This document shows, piece after piece, positions 14,154-14,248 of a DNA stretch of 14,248 nt (within the stretch, counting starts at the first letter, position 1; each line of letters begins with the position of its first letter). The translations under genes and the position numbers were made by a program. Source of the DNA: Candidatus Iainarchaeum sp. (lineage in GTDB: Archaea > Iainarchaeota > Iainarchaeia > Iainarchaeales > JAZDDZ01). The notes beneath the pieces were generated by a model. That model did not search any database, had not been told where the DNA came from, and was given only the letters and a program-made list of their open reading frames with translations. The stretch is taken from positions 1 through 14,248 of the forward strand of contig JAZDDZ010000055.1 of assembly GCA_043809245.1 (NCBI GenBank), read 5' to 3'.

Positions 14154-14248
14154 GCGTTATGACTTAGCTCGCGGGGAAGAGTTTCTGCCGGATTATTCTC
14201 TTGCCGAGTTGAAACAAATGGCTTCGGCAGAGAAAGAACGGCAACCGC
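14109..14248 (+). mobile_element. Probable left end of an IS630-family insertion sequence
   Basis: TA|TAGCG... start at 14109, TATA box TTTATATA at 14121-14128, and a transposase-like ORF from 14152 running off the window edge. Confidence 0.6.
14152..14248 (+). CDS. Probable IS630-family transposase N-terminus (3'-partial)
   Basis: MRYDLARGEEFLPDYSLAELKQMASAEKERQP. It resembles, from memory, the G(E/D)(E/D)FLP...ELK...EK N-termini of archaeal IS630 HTH ORFs. Leaderless promoter geometry. Confidence 0.6.
   Translation, partial: MRYDLARGEEFLPDYSLAELKQMASAEKERQP

Noticed and set aside
1-14248. Composite transposon carrying the whole region
   Set aside because: The flanking elements appear to be from different IS families, and each interrupts a separate gene.
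1-14248. CRISPR array, tRNA or rRNA genes
   Set aside because: I saw no regularly spaced repeats or RNA-gene signatures, and intergenic gaps are short (about 150 nt or less).

Overview
Gene-dense window that looks archaeal: TTTA(A/T)A TATA boxes about 23-25 nt before leaderless ATGs, GGTGA/GGAGG SD motifs and an archaeal-type Ogg and SOD. A DPANN-like host is my inference only. Insertion sequences missed by the ORF track bound both ends. At left, the right end of an ISL3 element (1-140) has cut an ABC-F ATPase gene after its first ABC domain. At right, a probable IS630-type left end (about 14109 onward) appears to have replaced the 5' end of a DASS transporter gene. Between them, mostly on the minus strand, are: (i) an operon of an unannotated 24-aa DUF5320-like peptide, a full DUF5320, a DUF134 HTH protein and a SAM methyltransferase, preceded by two TGAAT-N4-ATTCA palindromes; (ii) an operon of homospermidine synthase, a fold-III ornithine/lysine decarboxylase and an EamA transporter; (iii) a cupin and two Cys-rich lipoproteins; (iv) a metal/redox cluster: ferritin-like protein, SOD, TlpA, CcdA, a MerTP-like 3TM-HMA protein with its own 9-5-9 palindrome, Ogg, DUF296 and ZIP. 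All family calls come from motif recognition by eye, not database searches.
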